NCBI RefSeq assembly: GCF_006345805.1 | Contig: NC_043009.1 | Coordinates: forward strand, 59,396,001-59,460,000 | Direction: 5' to 3' | DNA length: 64,000 nt | Source of the DNA: Octopus sinensis | Taxonomy: Eukaryota | Shown here: positions 13,791-26,450 of the stretch, piece after piece | How the letters are laid out: each line of letters begins with the position of its first letter | Numbering within the stretch: the stretch's first letter is position 1 | Translations under genes and position numbers: made by a program | Notes under the pieces: model-generated | Seen by the model: the letters and a program-made list of their open reading frames with translations, nothing else | Databases searched by the model: none | Told to the model about the DNA's origin: nothing

Positions 13791-14080
13791 GTAGGGCAGC
13801 AGACTTGCGGTCGTAGGATTGCGGTTTCGATTCCCAGACCGGGCGTTGTGAGTGTTTATTGAGCGAAAACACCTAAAGCTCCACGAGGCTCCAGCAGGGG
13901 GTGGTGGCGATCCCTGCTGTACTCTTTCGCCACAACTTTCTCTCACTCTTTCTTCTGTTGGCCTGCTCGCTTAGCCAGCGGGGTGGCGTCATTTGAAGGC
14001 TAAAACAATGTGAAGCGCATTGTGACCAGCGATGTGTAGCAACATCTGATAGCCTGGTCGGTCACGGTAATCACGGTGAT
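13791..14080 (+). mobile_element. tRNA-Arg-like SINE, family C (5'-clipped)
   Basis: TAGGGCAGCAGACTTGCGG..GGTTTCGATTCCCAGACCGGGCG..GAGCGAAAACACCTAAAGCTCCACG; homologous to 32594, 38009 and 59181. Confidence 0.75.
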
Positions 14081-14584
14081 ATATATATATACATATATAT
14101 ATACGACGTTTCTGTCACAAGGAACATTAGTCGTCCCGTGTATTTTGTGGAAGACACTCTCCTGAGGTTCCCTGCAGTGGGATTCAACCGAAAATCATGA
14201 AGATGCAAAGCTAGGTCCTAACCACGCAGCCTTACCTACGCCTAACTGAATTTTACTTTTAAAAAAATGGCTTGGCAATGAAATGCTTTTTAATAAATTA
14301 TATTTATTTTTCTTGCTCAATATTTCTGAAACCGAAATTGAAATTTGCAGACAGTTCTTTGCCGCGATAATGAGATAATGCTTATATTCCACAAATGAAA
14401 TTTTTATTGTCACTTTTTATTATATTCAAGCACAAACTCGCAATGTTTCAGATATATTTTTCTGAAAATAGAAAGTAGAATGTTAGTGTGTGTGTTTGTT
14501 TGAGTACATATACAGCACAAACATACACATACATCATAAATATATATATACACATACATATATACATATGTATATGTATATATG

Positions 14585-14641
<57 letters not shown>

Positions 14642-14659
14642 CATATATAATATATATAC

Positions 14660-14690
<31 letters not shown>

Positions 14691-14718
14691 ATATATATAT
14701 ACATACATATATGTTTAC

Positions 14719-14749
<31 letters not shown>

Positions 14750-14797
14750 TGTTAATTATGTAGAAAGATTGATAGATAGATAGATAGATAGACAGAC

Positions 14798-14853
<56 letters not shown>

Positions 14854-14854
14854 G

Positions 14855-14893
<39 letters not shown>

Positions 14894-14910
14894 GGATAGA
14901 TAGATAGATG

Positions 14911-14973
<63 letters not shown>

Positions 14974-14974
14974 G

Positions 14975-15041
<67 letters not shown>

Positions 15042-15517
15042 TCATAAATACATACATGCACATATACATACATACATACATGCATACATACATACATACA
15101 TACATACATCATACATACATACATACATACATACATACATACATACATACATACATACATAGATCTAGATAAACATTTGCATTCTTTTTTATGTCATTAC
15201 GTCAGCTGACAATGTCCTTTCCACTTGAAACATTAAGTAATTGTAAAGTAGTCAGGTCTAATAAGAACCTTGAAACCTTATGGAAAATGATGAGTCCGCA
15301 TTATTCTATCGATAAGAGTCGAAAAAATTATCTGTCCACATACACATACACACACGCGCGCTACACACACATATGCATATATATATAAATCTTTTATCTT
15401 TTTGTGTTGCTTCAGTCATTAGATTACGGCCATGCTGGGGCACTGCTGCGAAGAATTTTTAGTCGAACGTATCGAGCCCAATATTCATGGTACATACATA
15501 TGTGTGTGTATATCTCT

Positions 15518-15737
15518 CTTTACTCTTTTACTCTTTTACTTGTTTGAGTCATGTGACTGCGGCCATGCTGGAGCACCGCCTTTAGTCGAGCAAATCGACC
15601 ACAGGACTTAATCCTTGGAAGCATAGTACTTATTCTATCGGTCTCTTTTGCCGAACCACTAATGTACGTGGACGTAAACACAGCAGCATCTGTTGTCAAG
15701 CGATGTTGGAGGGACAAACACAGACACACAAACATAT

Positions 15738-15784
<47 letters not shown>

Positions 15785-15955
15785 TATATACGACGGGCTT
15801 CTTTTCAGTTTCTGTCCACCAAATCCACTCACAAGGCTTTGGTCGGCCCGAGGCTATAGTAGAAGACACTTGCCCACGGTGTCACGCAGTGGGACTGAAC
15901 CCGGAACCATGTGGTTCGTAAGCAAACTACTTATCACACAGCCACTCCTGCGACT
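15518..15955 (-). mobile_element. SINE family A, full length
   Basis: Reverse complement of family A. A tail fragment lies at ~15390-15490 and a degenerate copy at ~16005-16365. Confidence 0.9.
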
Positions 15956-15961
15956 GCGCTT

Positions 15962-16009
<48 letters not shown>

Positions 16010-16499
16010 CTTTTATCTTTTGTTTCATTCATCAGGCTCTGACCATGCTGGAGCACTGCCATGAGAAATTATTAGTCGAACGTATCGTCCCTAATGCTTA
16101 TTTTTCTAAAAACTCTGGCACTTGCTCTACTGGCCTCTTTTGCCGAACCGGTGATTTAAGGGGACGGAAACACATCAGCACATGAGAGATGTGGGGAAGA
16201 ATACAGACACAAACACACACACATATATACTACGGGCTTCTTTCAGTTTCCCTCTACCAAATCCACTTATAAGGCTTTGGTCGGCCTAAGGCTTTAGAAG
16301 AAGACTCTTGCCTAAGGTGCCACACAGTGGAACTGGACCTCTGACCATGTGGTTCAGAAGCAAGCTTCTTTATTTCATTATATTGGCCATAAGGCCTTAC
16401 ACAGAGAAAGAAGCCTGCGGGCTGGACGTAGACATAATGTTATATAAAATGAAAATGAAAATGATGATTAATGGGGGGAAAATTGACGCCCGACGATCG

Positions 16500-17314
16500 C
16501 TTTTTGCCGAGGACATTGATCTTTTGTATATTGTTCATGAGGCAACAAACCTCTACACTGTTCACAATATATAGGATCCTTCCGTGAGCACCCATTGTTG
16601 CTCACCTTCTTCCTCTTGCGGCTCCTCTTTGAGGAGTCCTCCGCCTCCTCGGCTGCCTTCATTCCCTATTCTACAGAGGTTTTACTCAACAGCTCCAGGA
16701 CCTTATAAAGTTTTTCTTCATATGGCCAGGCTCCAGGCACCGATGACACCTGGTGGGGCGACCCTCAAGAATCACCGGGTACCTGCACCCGGCCATTTTC
16801 AAAATATCTGGAAAAATCAGATTGGCTGATTGTTTCCAAAGGGTCAAAACAACTTTTGTCCCAACCCAATCAGCCGCAGGAAAAATTTTCACATTAAGGA
16901 GTTTGGCTTCGCTGCCACCCAGACCCCGGCGGATAGTTTCCCCTATCCATTCGGGTTTTATCCCGAGTAGCAACCCACAGACCCAAGTTCTTGTCAACCT
17001 CCTCCCAAAATACATGGGAAGAAACAAAATTTTATTGCCCTCCAGGGGCTGGCTCGCAAATGTACGAGCCTCCTCAGGGGTGTCAAACAGCAACCACACC
17101 GTTGCACATACTTGACACCCTTCGGGATGTATTTGATAGTTGGCAAATATTCTGCTAACTCTTTCTCAATTTCCCTCTTTTGAAAGAGGGCAATGGCGTC
17201 GAGCGACTTGGAGTACGTTCGCAGCACCACCGTCTTCTCTTCAAAGTCTTTCATCCTCTGTTTGGGCGGGACAATTTCCCACTCCAACGCAGCGTTATTT
17301 ATCTTCTTTGCCAT
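16500..17314 (-). pseudogene. Gag-like ORF1 of a non-LTR retrotransposon with a CCHC zinc knuckle, frameshifted
   Basis: Starts MAKKINNAALEWEIVPP.. at 17314; frameshift near 17105 into ..WLLFDTPEEARTF..VILEGRPTRCHRCLEPGHMKKNF (C-X2-C-X4-H-X4-[C>F]); basic tail follows; no RT downstream. Confidence 0.65.
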
Positions 17315-18869
17315 GTCTCTTTTTGAAAGAAAGTCCACAAAAAAAGGTTCAAAGAAACAAAAATACAGGAAAGAAGGAAGAAGACGAGAAACAGTTAAAA
17401 AAAACACAACAAATTCCTGGCCAAGTTGGTAATCCCCCCCGGCAAGGGCACAAAACAGTCACAAAGAATACACAATTTTCGAAGGGACATGCCCATCTCC
17501 TAAACACACTTCTCGCAGCTAAAACACAACCACAGGCAGACAAATGCTTGGAACTCAGTGGAGATTCCTTGTACGACAAAATTAAGTAAACACGAGCAAC
17601 GAAGCCCCACTGAAGCCCCCCCCCCCGCCAAAAAAACCCAGATGTCTTACCTAGTAGTTGTGCTTCGATAATTCACGACGTTGGTATACAAAGATGTGAC
17701 TCCAGCAGCGAAGAAGGACGCGTCCACTCAGTAGTGAGGGGAGCAAACTTCTTATGTATGTATATACAGACATCTGGGTGTACATACATGGAGTAAATAC
17801 AACGAACAATAATGACTTTACATGAGAAACCTTTTCTATAAATAAGGTATTAGCGAAACACTTGAATGGAAAGAGAAAGTGACTTAACGTTTCGGACATT
17901 AGTACTTCAACAAATGTGAATAATGGATAGTGTGTGAAAGAGAAATAGTCAGTGAAAGAGAAATAGTTAGTAGAAGAAAAATGAAAACAGGAGAAACTTA
18001 TAAACTAATGCTCTTCTATGGAGAGGAAGATAAGAAGCGAGGAAGAGACTACTACCTATATGCAAAAATTGGAGTTTCTCCGTATCTAGAAGAGAGTATG
18101 GGGGAGAAGGGCATGTACGAGTTACTGTGTGTTGCATGTGTGTCCATTTGCTGTGTAGGTGCAGAAATATGGAAGTGTAGAAGTATAGTAGCATAGGTTA
18201 GTGAGGGAGGAGGGTGTTTGTGCGTGTGTATGTGTGTGTTTGTAATCGTTAGGTGTTTTGGATATATGTATGTATATAAGGAGGTGAGAGTAGATGCGAG
18301 TACAAGGGGGAAATGTTAATGATGAAAAATGGGCTGTCAGGCGCGTCGCCGACGGTGTGATTGTTGTTTATGCCAGTGTATAACAATATTATGTAAGACT
18401 GCGACAACTTTTAACAAGGAAGTAGAGATTAAAATGAGAATAAAAATACAGAAAGCAAAAATTCTGAGAAGGGAGGGAATGCCGAAGAATTTGGGAAAAT
18501 ATCATTTGACGCTCGTAAAAATCTGAAGACTTTGATGGGGTATTGCAAAAAAAGCAGTAAGAAATTAGTAAAATCGATTGAGAAGAGACAACTGTGAAGA
18601 GAAGCTGGTGATGTCCATCGTGGAGAGATGGTCTTGTCGAACAGGTTTAAAGAACGAATGCATGTTTTTTTTGTTTGTTTTTTTCTTGGCGTTTTACTTA
18701 AGTGAAGATTACGGCGTGTAAGTTCAAATCATTTGAGCGTAACTAAGTGTTTTCTGTATCGAGATTCTCTCGATCTCATCTGTTGAGAACAAACACATAC
18801 ACAAACATAAACACATTCATATATATATATATACATACACACACATATATATATATGTGTGTGTGTGTG

Positions 18870-18907
<38 letters not shown>

Positions 18908-19133
18908 TATGCATGGAAAGATAGACAGACAGAATCGCTCAGACAGACAGATTGATAGATAGGTAGGTAGGTAGATGGATAGACAGACAGACATATAGAT
19001 AGATAGATAGATACATACATACATACATACATACATAATACATACATACATACATACATACATAAATACATACATACATACATACAGACAGACATACAGA
19101 CATACATACATACATACATACATACATACATGC

Positions 19134-19253
<120 letters not shown>

Positions 19254-20009
19254 ACAGACAGATAGACAGTTTTGTGAATGTCAATACGCAGACAAATACA
19301 TTGACTCACACTTTCATACAGACACTGACATATGTATATATGTATATATATATATATGTGTCTGTGTGTGAAAGAGAGAGAGAGAAAGAAAGAAGGAGGG
19401 AAACAGAGAGACAGAGAGAAACTAAAAGAGAAAGAGACAGCCACACAGACAGATTGGACATACAGACAGACAGACAAACAGACATTGAGAGACTAAACTG
19501 TAGTTTGCTTTGAACATAGCAAGATGCATGCAAAAACAGTGAATCAGAAAACAAAGGCAATGCTTTGGGGGAAACATTAAAGAAAAGTACAAAGATGAAA
19601 CTTTTACTTCAAAACACTTAATAATCCGATAATTCGGTTGCAAATAGTATTTTTCGAGGAAACTTTATGACAGAGAATGTGTCGTGGTTCGTAGCTGTTT
19701 CCTGAAATTGGTAGAGATGACAGAGAATTAGGTAACGAAGAGTTAATACAAATAGAATTGTGCATTGACTAAGAAAACAGTGGCTGTAACACATACGATA
19801 TATGAGAAAGCGTGTATTTATCAGGGTTGTTTGTGGAAATGAACGAGAAAGTGTAATGTTTAACGTTATGTAAACAATTGATCAAGCAGAGAGTGTAAGA
19901 AGAAAGGACTTTGAGGAGAGAAAGAGCCGTTTTAAAGTTTGCAGATGGTTTGAAGAAGGTAAGAAAAAGCGTGTAAATTTAAGTAATATGATGGTTTCAA
20001 CTTTTGGTT

Positions 20010-20345
20010 AAGGGCCAGCAGTTTTTTTTTTTTTGTTTTTTTATGGAAGGGAGAAGTTGATAACATCAACTCCAATGCTTAACTGATACTTTATTTTATC
20101 GTTCCCTCAAAGGATGAAAGGCAAAGTCGACCCCTTCGGAATTAGAACTTGGAACCTAAAGAAGGATGAAATGCCGTTAGGCTAAGCATTTTGCTCTCAG
20201 CCTTCACCCGTCAGTCGCCCTAATAATCTTCTCTTTCATAGGCACAAGGCCAGGAATTTGTGAGGAGAGGGGTTAGTCGATTACAAAGATCCCAGCACTT
20301 CACCTATAAATTACATTATTTTATCGTCCCCGGTTCACCGCCTTC
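20010..20345 (-). mobile_element. Degenerate SINE family B fragments
   Basis: AAGGATGAAAGGCAAAGTCGAC and GGCACAAGGCC..TAGTCGATTAC blocks. Confidence 0.6.
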
Positions 20346-20741
20346 ATCCACTGGTTGTTGTATCTAGGGAGAGTCGTTCTCTTTTAGTGCCTTGTTATTT
20401 GACACACCCAGCGGTTTGACTTCCGCTCATTTAATTATTATTTTCTAAAATTTCTTTGCGTCTTGAAACCTTTTCAATAGTCGTTGACTCTGTCCGTTAT
20501 CAGAGTTGCGTTCTTTTTCTTAGTGTTTGTGCGCATGTGCGTGCGTCAGTGTGTATATGTATACACATATGCATGCATGTATGTATGTATGTTTGCATGT
20601 ATGTATGTGTGTGCATGCATTTATGTGTATGCATATGTATGTGTACACATGTGTGCGCGTTTGTATGAATGTATTCTGCATATTCATGTGTTTGTGTGGT
20701 CATGTTTGTGTGTGTGTGTGTGTTTGTTAGTTATTCTCACA

Positions 20742-20797
20742 GCCTAGAATCGAACTCGGAATCTTGGGGTTAGTAGCCCGTGCTCTTAACCACTACG
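20742..20797 (-). mobile_element. Isolated tRNA-like SINE head
   Basis: Minus strand GCGTAGTGGTTAAGAGC..GAGTTCGATTC: A and B boxes without a complete acceptor stem. Confidence 0.55.
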
Positions 20798-20942
20798 CTG
20801 GAGGATATATCAGCCAAAACGTTGTGCTAACAACAAGATGGGGACAAATATCCGTCAAATGTAAATAATGTAAACAATGTACATAATTCCTTATCTCTCA
20901 ACACACAATTATACTATGAAATATACTAAACGTTTTTATATG

Positions 20943-21105
20943 GCTTACGGCCATATCACGTCCGATCACCGAAGTTAAGCAACGTCGTGCCTAGTGAGTA
21001 CTTAGATGGATGACTGCTGAGGAAACCTGGGTGCAGTAAGCCTCACACACTAAACGGCGGTGCATCAGCATGGCCGCAGATCTGAGCTGAAACTACAGAA
21101 AAAAG
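20943..21105 (+). mobile_element. 5S rRNA-headed element (candidate SINE3) with LINE-type 3' tail
   Basis: 20943-21041 is 5S rRNA (GCTTACGGCCATATCACG..TCCGATCACCGAAGTTAAGC..GTACTTAGATGG..GTAAGC) with a 19-nt internal deletion; then GGCGGTGCATCAGCATGGCCGCAG..GCTGAAAC..AGAAAAAAG, the family A/CR1 tail. Confidence 0.7.
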
Positions 21106-21536
21106 TCATTACTAACGTGCCACTGTGTCAGCAGTTCTTGTTACATTATTGTTTCTAAAGATATTCTATAGAAACTGTCGCCAGTACTGAATTTTGCTAC
21201 AACATTTCCTATTCAGACGTCAGATGAAAACACGCAATGAGATCGGTTACAAAAGTGGGTAATGAGTGTATATGCAATATTTCGGATATTGTTGACCTTT
21301 CATAAGCGCCCAACTAACCTTTTCCTGTCTCCGAGCATATTGCTTATATTGCCACCGCATACAGCGGTATTAACTTATTGGATATATCGATTTACATATT
21401 AGACGCATTCCTGGAACTGGTATGTAAACATTAAAGGATTGTAGGTACGTGGTAGTTCGTTATACAAAAACAATACTATGAAATACACTAAATCTTTTTA
21501 TAAGTCACTACGTTCTACTGCGTCGGCAGTGCTTGT

Positions 21537-21647
21537 TTACATCTGACGTCTCCATACGAAACGTTGTTACATCTGACGTCTCCAGACGAAACGTTCTTAC
21601 ATCTGACATTTCCGTACGAAACGTTGTTACATCTGTCGTCTCCATAC
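21537..21647 (+). repeat. 30-bp minisatellite, ~3.7 copies
   Basis: Unit TTACATCTGACGTCTCCATACGAAACGTTG, head-to-tail with no spacers. Confidence 0.9.
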
Positions 21648-22399
21648 ATAATAATATTCTCTTCTACTCCAGGAACAAGGCCTGAAATTTTGGGGAGGGA
21701 TCCGGTCGATTAGGTCGACACCAATACGCAACTGGTACTTAATTTATCGACCCCGAAAGGATAATAATGTCATTAATAGTTGTTTGTGTGTATATGTGTG
21801 CACATGCGTTCAGATGTATGTATCCATATATATGTGTGTATGTATGCATATATGTGTATATGTGTGTGTGTATTTCTGTGTGTATGTCCGTGTGTGTGTG
21901 AGAGAAAGAAAGAGAGAAAGAGAGAGGGAAAGTATTTTTATGTGTGTATGCATGATCTTTGAGCTTAATTCAAGTTCTTGGGAGAGTCCAAGCCGGTTGC
22001 TAACAAAGCGACAAGACATTTGCGTTAAGAGTAAGAGAGTTACCGATGTTTGCAAGTATGTGGTTGGGTTGATGTGTTGGTTAAACTGTCGATGCATACC
22101 TCCAAGTGGGTGCATCTGTTCACATAATAATCTCAATGCAAACTTTCTGGTATGTCTTACAAATTCTTCATTGTGCCACGAATAAATTGGGTTTGGAGAT
22201 TCTGTCTCAGTTTCTATGAAACTAATTATTTCAAGATTTCTGTGCAAATCTGTTGGTACATAGCTTAATACACCGATGGGAATACATAGTCAGGGTACCA
22301 CAGCTAAATGTTCCGCATTAATTCGCCATAAAGTATTACGGTTAAAACAAGACATCCCGAATTATTGCTTACGTAAGATGAACAGATATTAGAATGAGG

Positions 22400-22920
22400 A
22401 ACGGCTATAAAATCCCTTCTTAGACGAGCTCTTAAATCTTCATCCTCTAGAAGAGCTTTAAATAAGGAAATCTTACGTTTAAATCATGACTTAAGAACGG
22501 ATACCCAAATAGATTAGTATCATAAAACAATACAAGAACGCGTTCGTTCACAATGATGGAAAGAGATCCAGTAGCTAATAAAGAGTCACAAATCACATGT
22601 GTCGTATACAACGAAACCAAACGCAAATTGGTTAGAGACTGGATGCTGGCATAATTGAAAATATCAATGTACAACTCAAGTAATCACATCTAACTACAAA
22701 CTCTACTTAGAATTTGTTACAAAAGCACCATAATGAGATCCTATTTATCAACCAAAAATCACAAACTAGCAAACCATAGATCATACTGCTACTAATATAA
22801 TACGCATATTTCACGGTAAACATGAAGGCTGTATCATCAACTACAAGAAGTGGGCAAACAAGTACGACACGTTCTCGTCAGCTGATCATGCATTTGAAGC
22901 CAGACGCCATTGCATAGAGG
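22400..22920 (+). pseudogene. Highly decayed Penelope-like RT-C/GIY-YIG relic (tentative)
   Basis: Fragmentary frames resembling ..PFLD.., LNKEILRLNHDL..GYP and ..GQTST..SR.L.MH; many stops and frameshifts. Confidence 0.3.
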
Positions 22921-23082
22921 GCAAGAAATATTAGACAGAAAACGCATAAACACACCAATATACTACACGGGAAAAAAATCCCCTTCAAATTTATAGTAAA
23001 GCAACCACAGTGTAATTCTGAAATTTGGGATTTATATTATTTTATTTTATTTATTTATTTTTATTTCATTTTTTTCAGATAT

Positions 23083-23315
23083 ACTCTTTTACTCTTTTAT
23101 TGTTTCAGTCATTTGACTGTGGCCATACTGGAGCACCGCCTTTAGTTGAGCAAAGCGACCCTAGGACTTATTCTTCGTAAGCCTGTTACTTATTCTATCG
23201 GTGTCTTTCGCCGAACTGCTAAGTTACGGGGACGTAAACACACCAGCATTGTTTGTCATGCGATATTGGGGGGACAAACACAGACACACAAACATATACA
23301 CACGCACGCATATGG

Positions 23316-23371
<56 letters not shown>

Positions 23372-23524
23372 GACGGGCTTCTTTCAGTTCCGTCTACCAA
23401 ATCCACTCACAAGGTTTTGGTCGGCCCGAGGCTATAGTAGAAGACACTTACCCAAGATGCCACGCAGTGGGACTGAACCAGGAAGCATGTGGTTGATAAG
23501 GAAGCTACTTACCACACAGCCACA
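23083..23524 (-). mobile_element. SINE family A, full length
   Basis: Reverse complement of family A with internal CA/TA tract. Confidence 0.9.
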
Positions 23525-24764
23525 GCCACATACATACACACATATAGATATATGTATATTGATATTTGTATATTGAAATATATGTATATATTTGTGTGTG
23601 TGTGTGTATGTGTGTGTGGTTTTCCCCTGCCATCGCTTCACAACCGATATAACAATATTCCCATGATATTCTGTTTCCTATTGCAAAGCGCGCGATCAAC
23701 ACAATATTATTACTATCATAACATCCTGATGATGAGGCTGATAAGGTTCTGAAACATTCCTAGATACAGAAATACCTTTGCTCCAAACTAAATATAAAAT
23801 ATTTATATAACATTCTGAACAAAATCATTAAATTTGAATATCGTTGCGGTTAATACAAAACTTATGAAAGGAAAACTTTTCCCTGTTTAAATTTATATAT
23901 GTGCATGTGTACCTGTCAATATATATATGTATAAAAGTATATATGTATGTTTGTGTGCCTGCCTGTCTGTGTGTGTGTGTGTGGGTGTGTGTGTGTGAAT
24001 GTATACACTAACAGCCGTACCTTACACATCTATTCGTATACATTTATAACAGTAAAAACTTATATAGGCGAATGCACCTAAGTACTTACACTTGCATACG
24101 CACTTCCACACACACACAAACACGGATACACACACGCGTGCACACACGCACACAAATACACTTCACACATACACACACTCACACACACACAGAAACACAC
24201 ACGCGCGCACACACACAGAAACACACACGCACACATACACACACTCACTCACACAACACACAGACACATACACAAACATATACGCGCACACACATTCATA
24301 CACACACATACGCACTTCCACACATACACACACACGGATACACATACTCATACACACACTCATACACACACATACACACACTCACACAAACACACACATT
24401 CATACACACACTCTCACACACACACATACGCACTTCCACACACACGCACTCACACACACATACACACACGCACTCACTCACACACACATCATACACACAC
24501 ACATACGCACTTCCACACACACACAACACACGCATTCACACACACACACATACACATACGCACTTCCACACACACACACACACACATACACACACACGCT
24601 CTCACACACACACACACACACACAACCGATGCCTTTACGTTTGACCTTTACGTTTCCCTGCCATACAGTGGAGTGGTGGCAATTCACGTCCATATTCGCC
24701 ATTTCTATTCTTATGTTGATCCCATTCATTCATAAGATCTGCCTTGCTCTTACTGTAGACGGCA

Positions 24765-25560
24765 GTGGCGGCGCCGACGAGAGTGGCAGTGGTAGTGGTG
24801 GTGGTGGTGATAGGTGTATGTGTGTGGGGGGGGGGGAGCTATGGGGAATGTAAAAGAGTTGGTGATGATGCTGATGATTGTTTCCTTACTGCTGCTGCTG
24901 GTGTTGCCGTTGCTGCTGTTGTTGTTAGTGGTGGTGGTGGTGGTGGTGGTGGTGGTGGTTGTGATGGTGGTGGTGGCAGCGATAATAGTGGTGATGATGA
25001 TAATAGTCGTGGTGGTAGTGGTGGTGGTAGTGGTGGTAGTAGTAGTGTTGGTGGTATTGGTGGTGATGGTGGTGGGGTGGCGATAATAGTGGTGATGGTG
25101 GTGGTCGTGGTGGCGATAATAGTGGTGGTAGTAGTAGTGGTAATGGTGGCGATAATAGTGGTGGTGGTGGTGGTGGCGATAATAGTGGTGTTGGTCGTGG
25201 TGGTGGTACTGGTGGTGGTGGTGGTGGTTGCAGTGGTAGGGGCGGCGGAAGTAACGGAGACGATGAATCTATTAGTGCTATTGGACTTACTGCTATGTTG
25301 GTGTTGTTGCTGTTGTTGATCGTGGTCGTCGTGTTGGCCGTGATCCTGGCAGCGGTGGTGGTTGCCGTGGTAGGAACGGTCGAAGTTAACACAGACGGTG
25401 ATATTGTTGGTGACACTAAACACACAGTTATCGCCGTTGTTGTTGTTGTTGGTGGTGGTGGTGGTGGCGGTGGCGGTGGCGGTGGTGGTGGTGGTGGTGG
25501 TGGTGGTGGTGGTGGTGGTGGTGGTGGTGGTGCTGCTGCTGCTGCTGCCGCTGCTGCGCC
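24765..25560. repeat. Compound (GGT/AGT/GCT)n low-complexity island
   Basis: Triplet runs around a short unique core. Confidence 0.85.
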
Positions 25561-25661
25561 GTTCAGTTGCTGACACACTACAGATTCTCATGTTAGAGAG
25601 ACACCGAAATATTTACTCACACATCTAGGACACTGTTCCTGTTGCATGTCTACAGCCTTTA

Positions 25662-25693
<32 letters not shown>

Positions 25694-26009
25694 ATTATGT
25701 ATATTGCTATTTGTATATTGATATATACATATATATATATGTATATATTTGTGTGTGTGTGTACGTGTGTGTGTGTGTGTGTGTGTTTGCCCCCAGCCAT
25801 CGCTTGACAACCGATGTTGGTGTATTATATGATCGAACGCCACGCATCCATTTCCAAGTAAGTTTTATCCTAACAATTCTGATGAGGACTCCACAACTAT
25901 CTCTATTCTCCCTTTATTTCTCTATTATTATTCTTTCTCTCTATTTTTCTTCTCCTCCCCACTTCACCGTTCTCTTTCTCTCCCTCATTCTTCCTCCTTG
26001 ACTCTCTCG

Positions 26010-26450
26010 TTGCTCACACGTGACCAGTGGCTATCGTTCTTTCTACCTGTTGCTTTACAAGTGGCAAGGCCTACTTTTGCATGTCTCTTGTCAAAGCTCC
26101 TTTCTCCAGCGTTCACCACTTTACCTCGTTATGGCTTAACAGCCCTTACCGTTTTATTTTTATTGTTTTGTTCTTACTGTCCTGTTTGTGTTACCACTTT
26201 AATTCTCCGCAAAATCCCAAATTTTATTTAATTTGCTTTGGAGGAACGACTGTTTTAACGAACCCATGTCTTGCCCCAACGTTCGAAACACGGAGTAGAT
26301 AGAACAGGGGACAACTGATGACGGGATTGTTTTTTATGTTTCCTGTTTCGTTTCTCTATTTGTTTCTTTCTTTTTTCAAAAAAAGTTCGTTTTCCATGTT
26401 TTTGTTTTTATATTCTCGTTTTTCATTTTGTTAACGGTTTTTTAACGTCC
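26010..26450 (+). mobile_element. Unclassified pyrimidine-rich repeat beginning CACGTGACC (pLTR-like)
   Basis: Shares the CACGTGACC start and T-rich body style with ~28940-29330 and ~63003-63490. Confidence 0.35.

Noticed and set aside
21537-21647. CRISPR-like 30-bp repeats
   Set aside because: Head-to-tail with no spacers, no cas genes, eukaryotic context.
23720-23770. CTGATGA..GAAAC motif
   Set aside because: Stems II and III are not complementary.
24839-25591. 250-aa minus-strand ORF with a short non-repetitive core
   Set aside because: Mostly triplet repeats; no recognisable domain or splice support. A low-complexity exon cannot be excluded without RNA data.
26306-26400. CTGATGA after GGGGACAA as a hammerhead
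   Set aside because: No GAAA follows the possible stem II and no consistent stem I/III in either type I or type III order.
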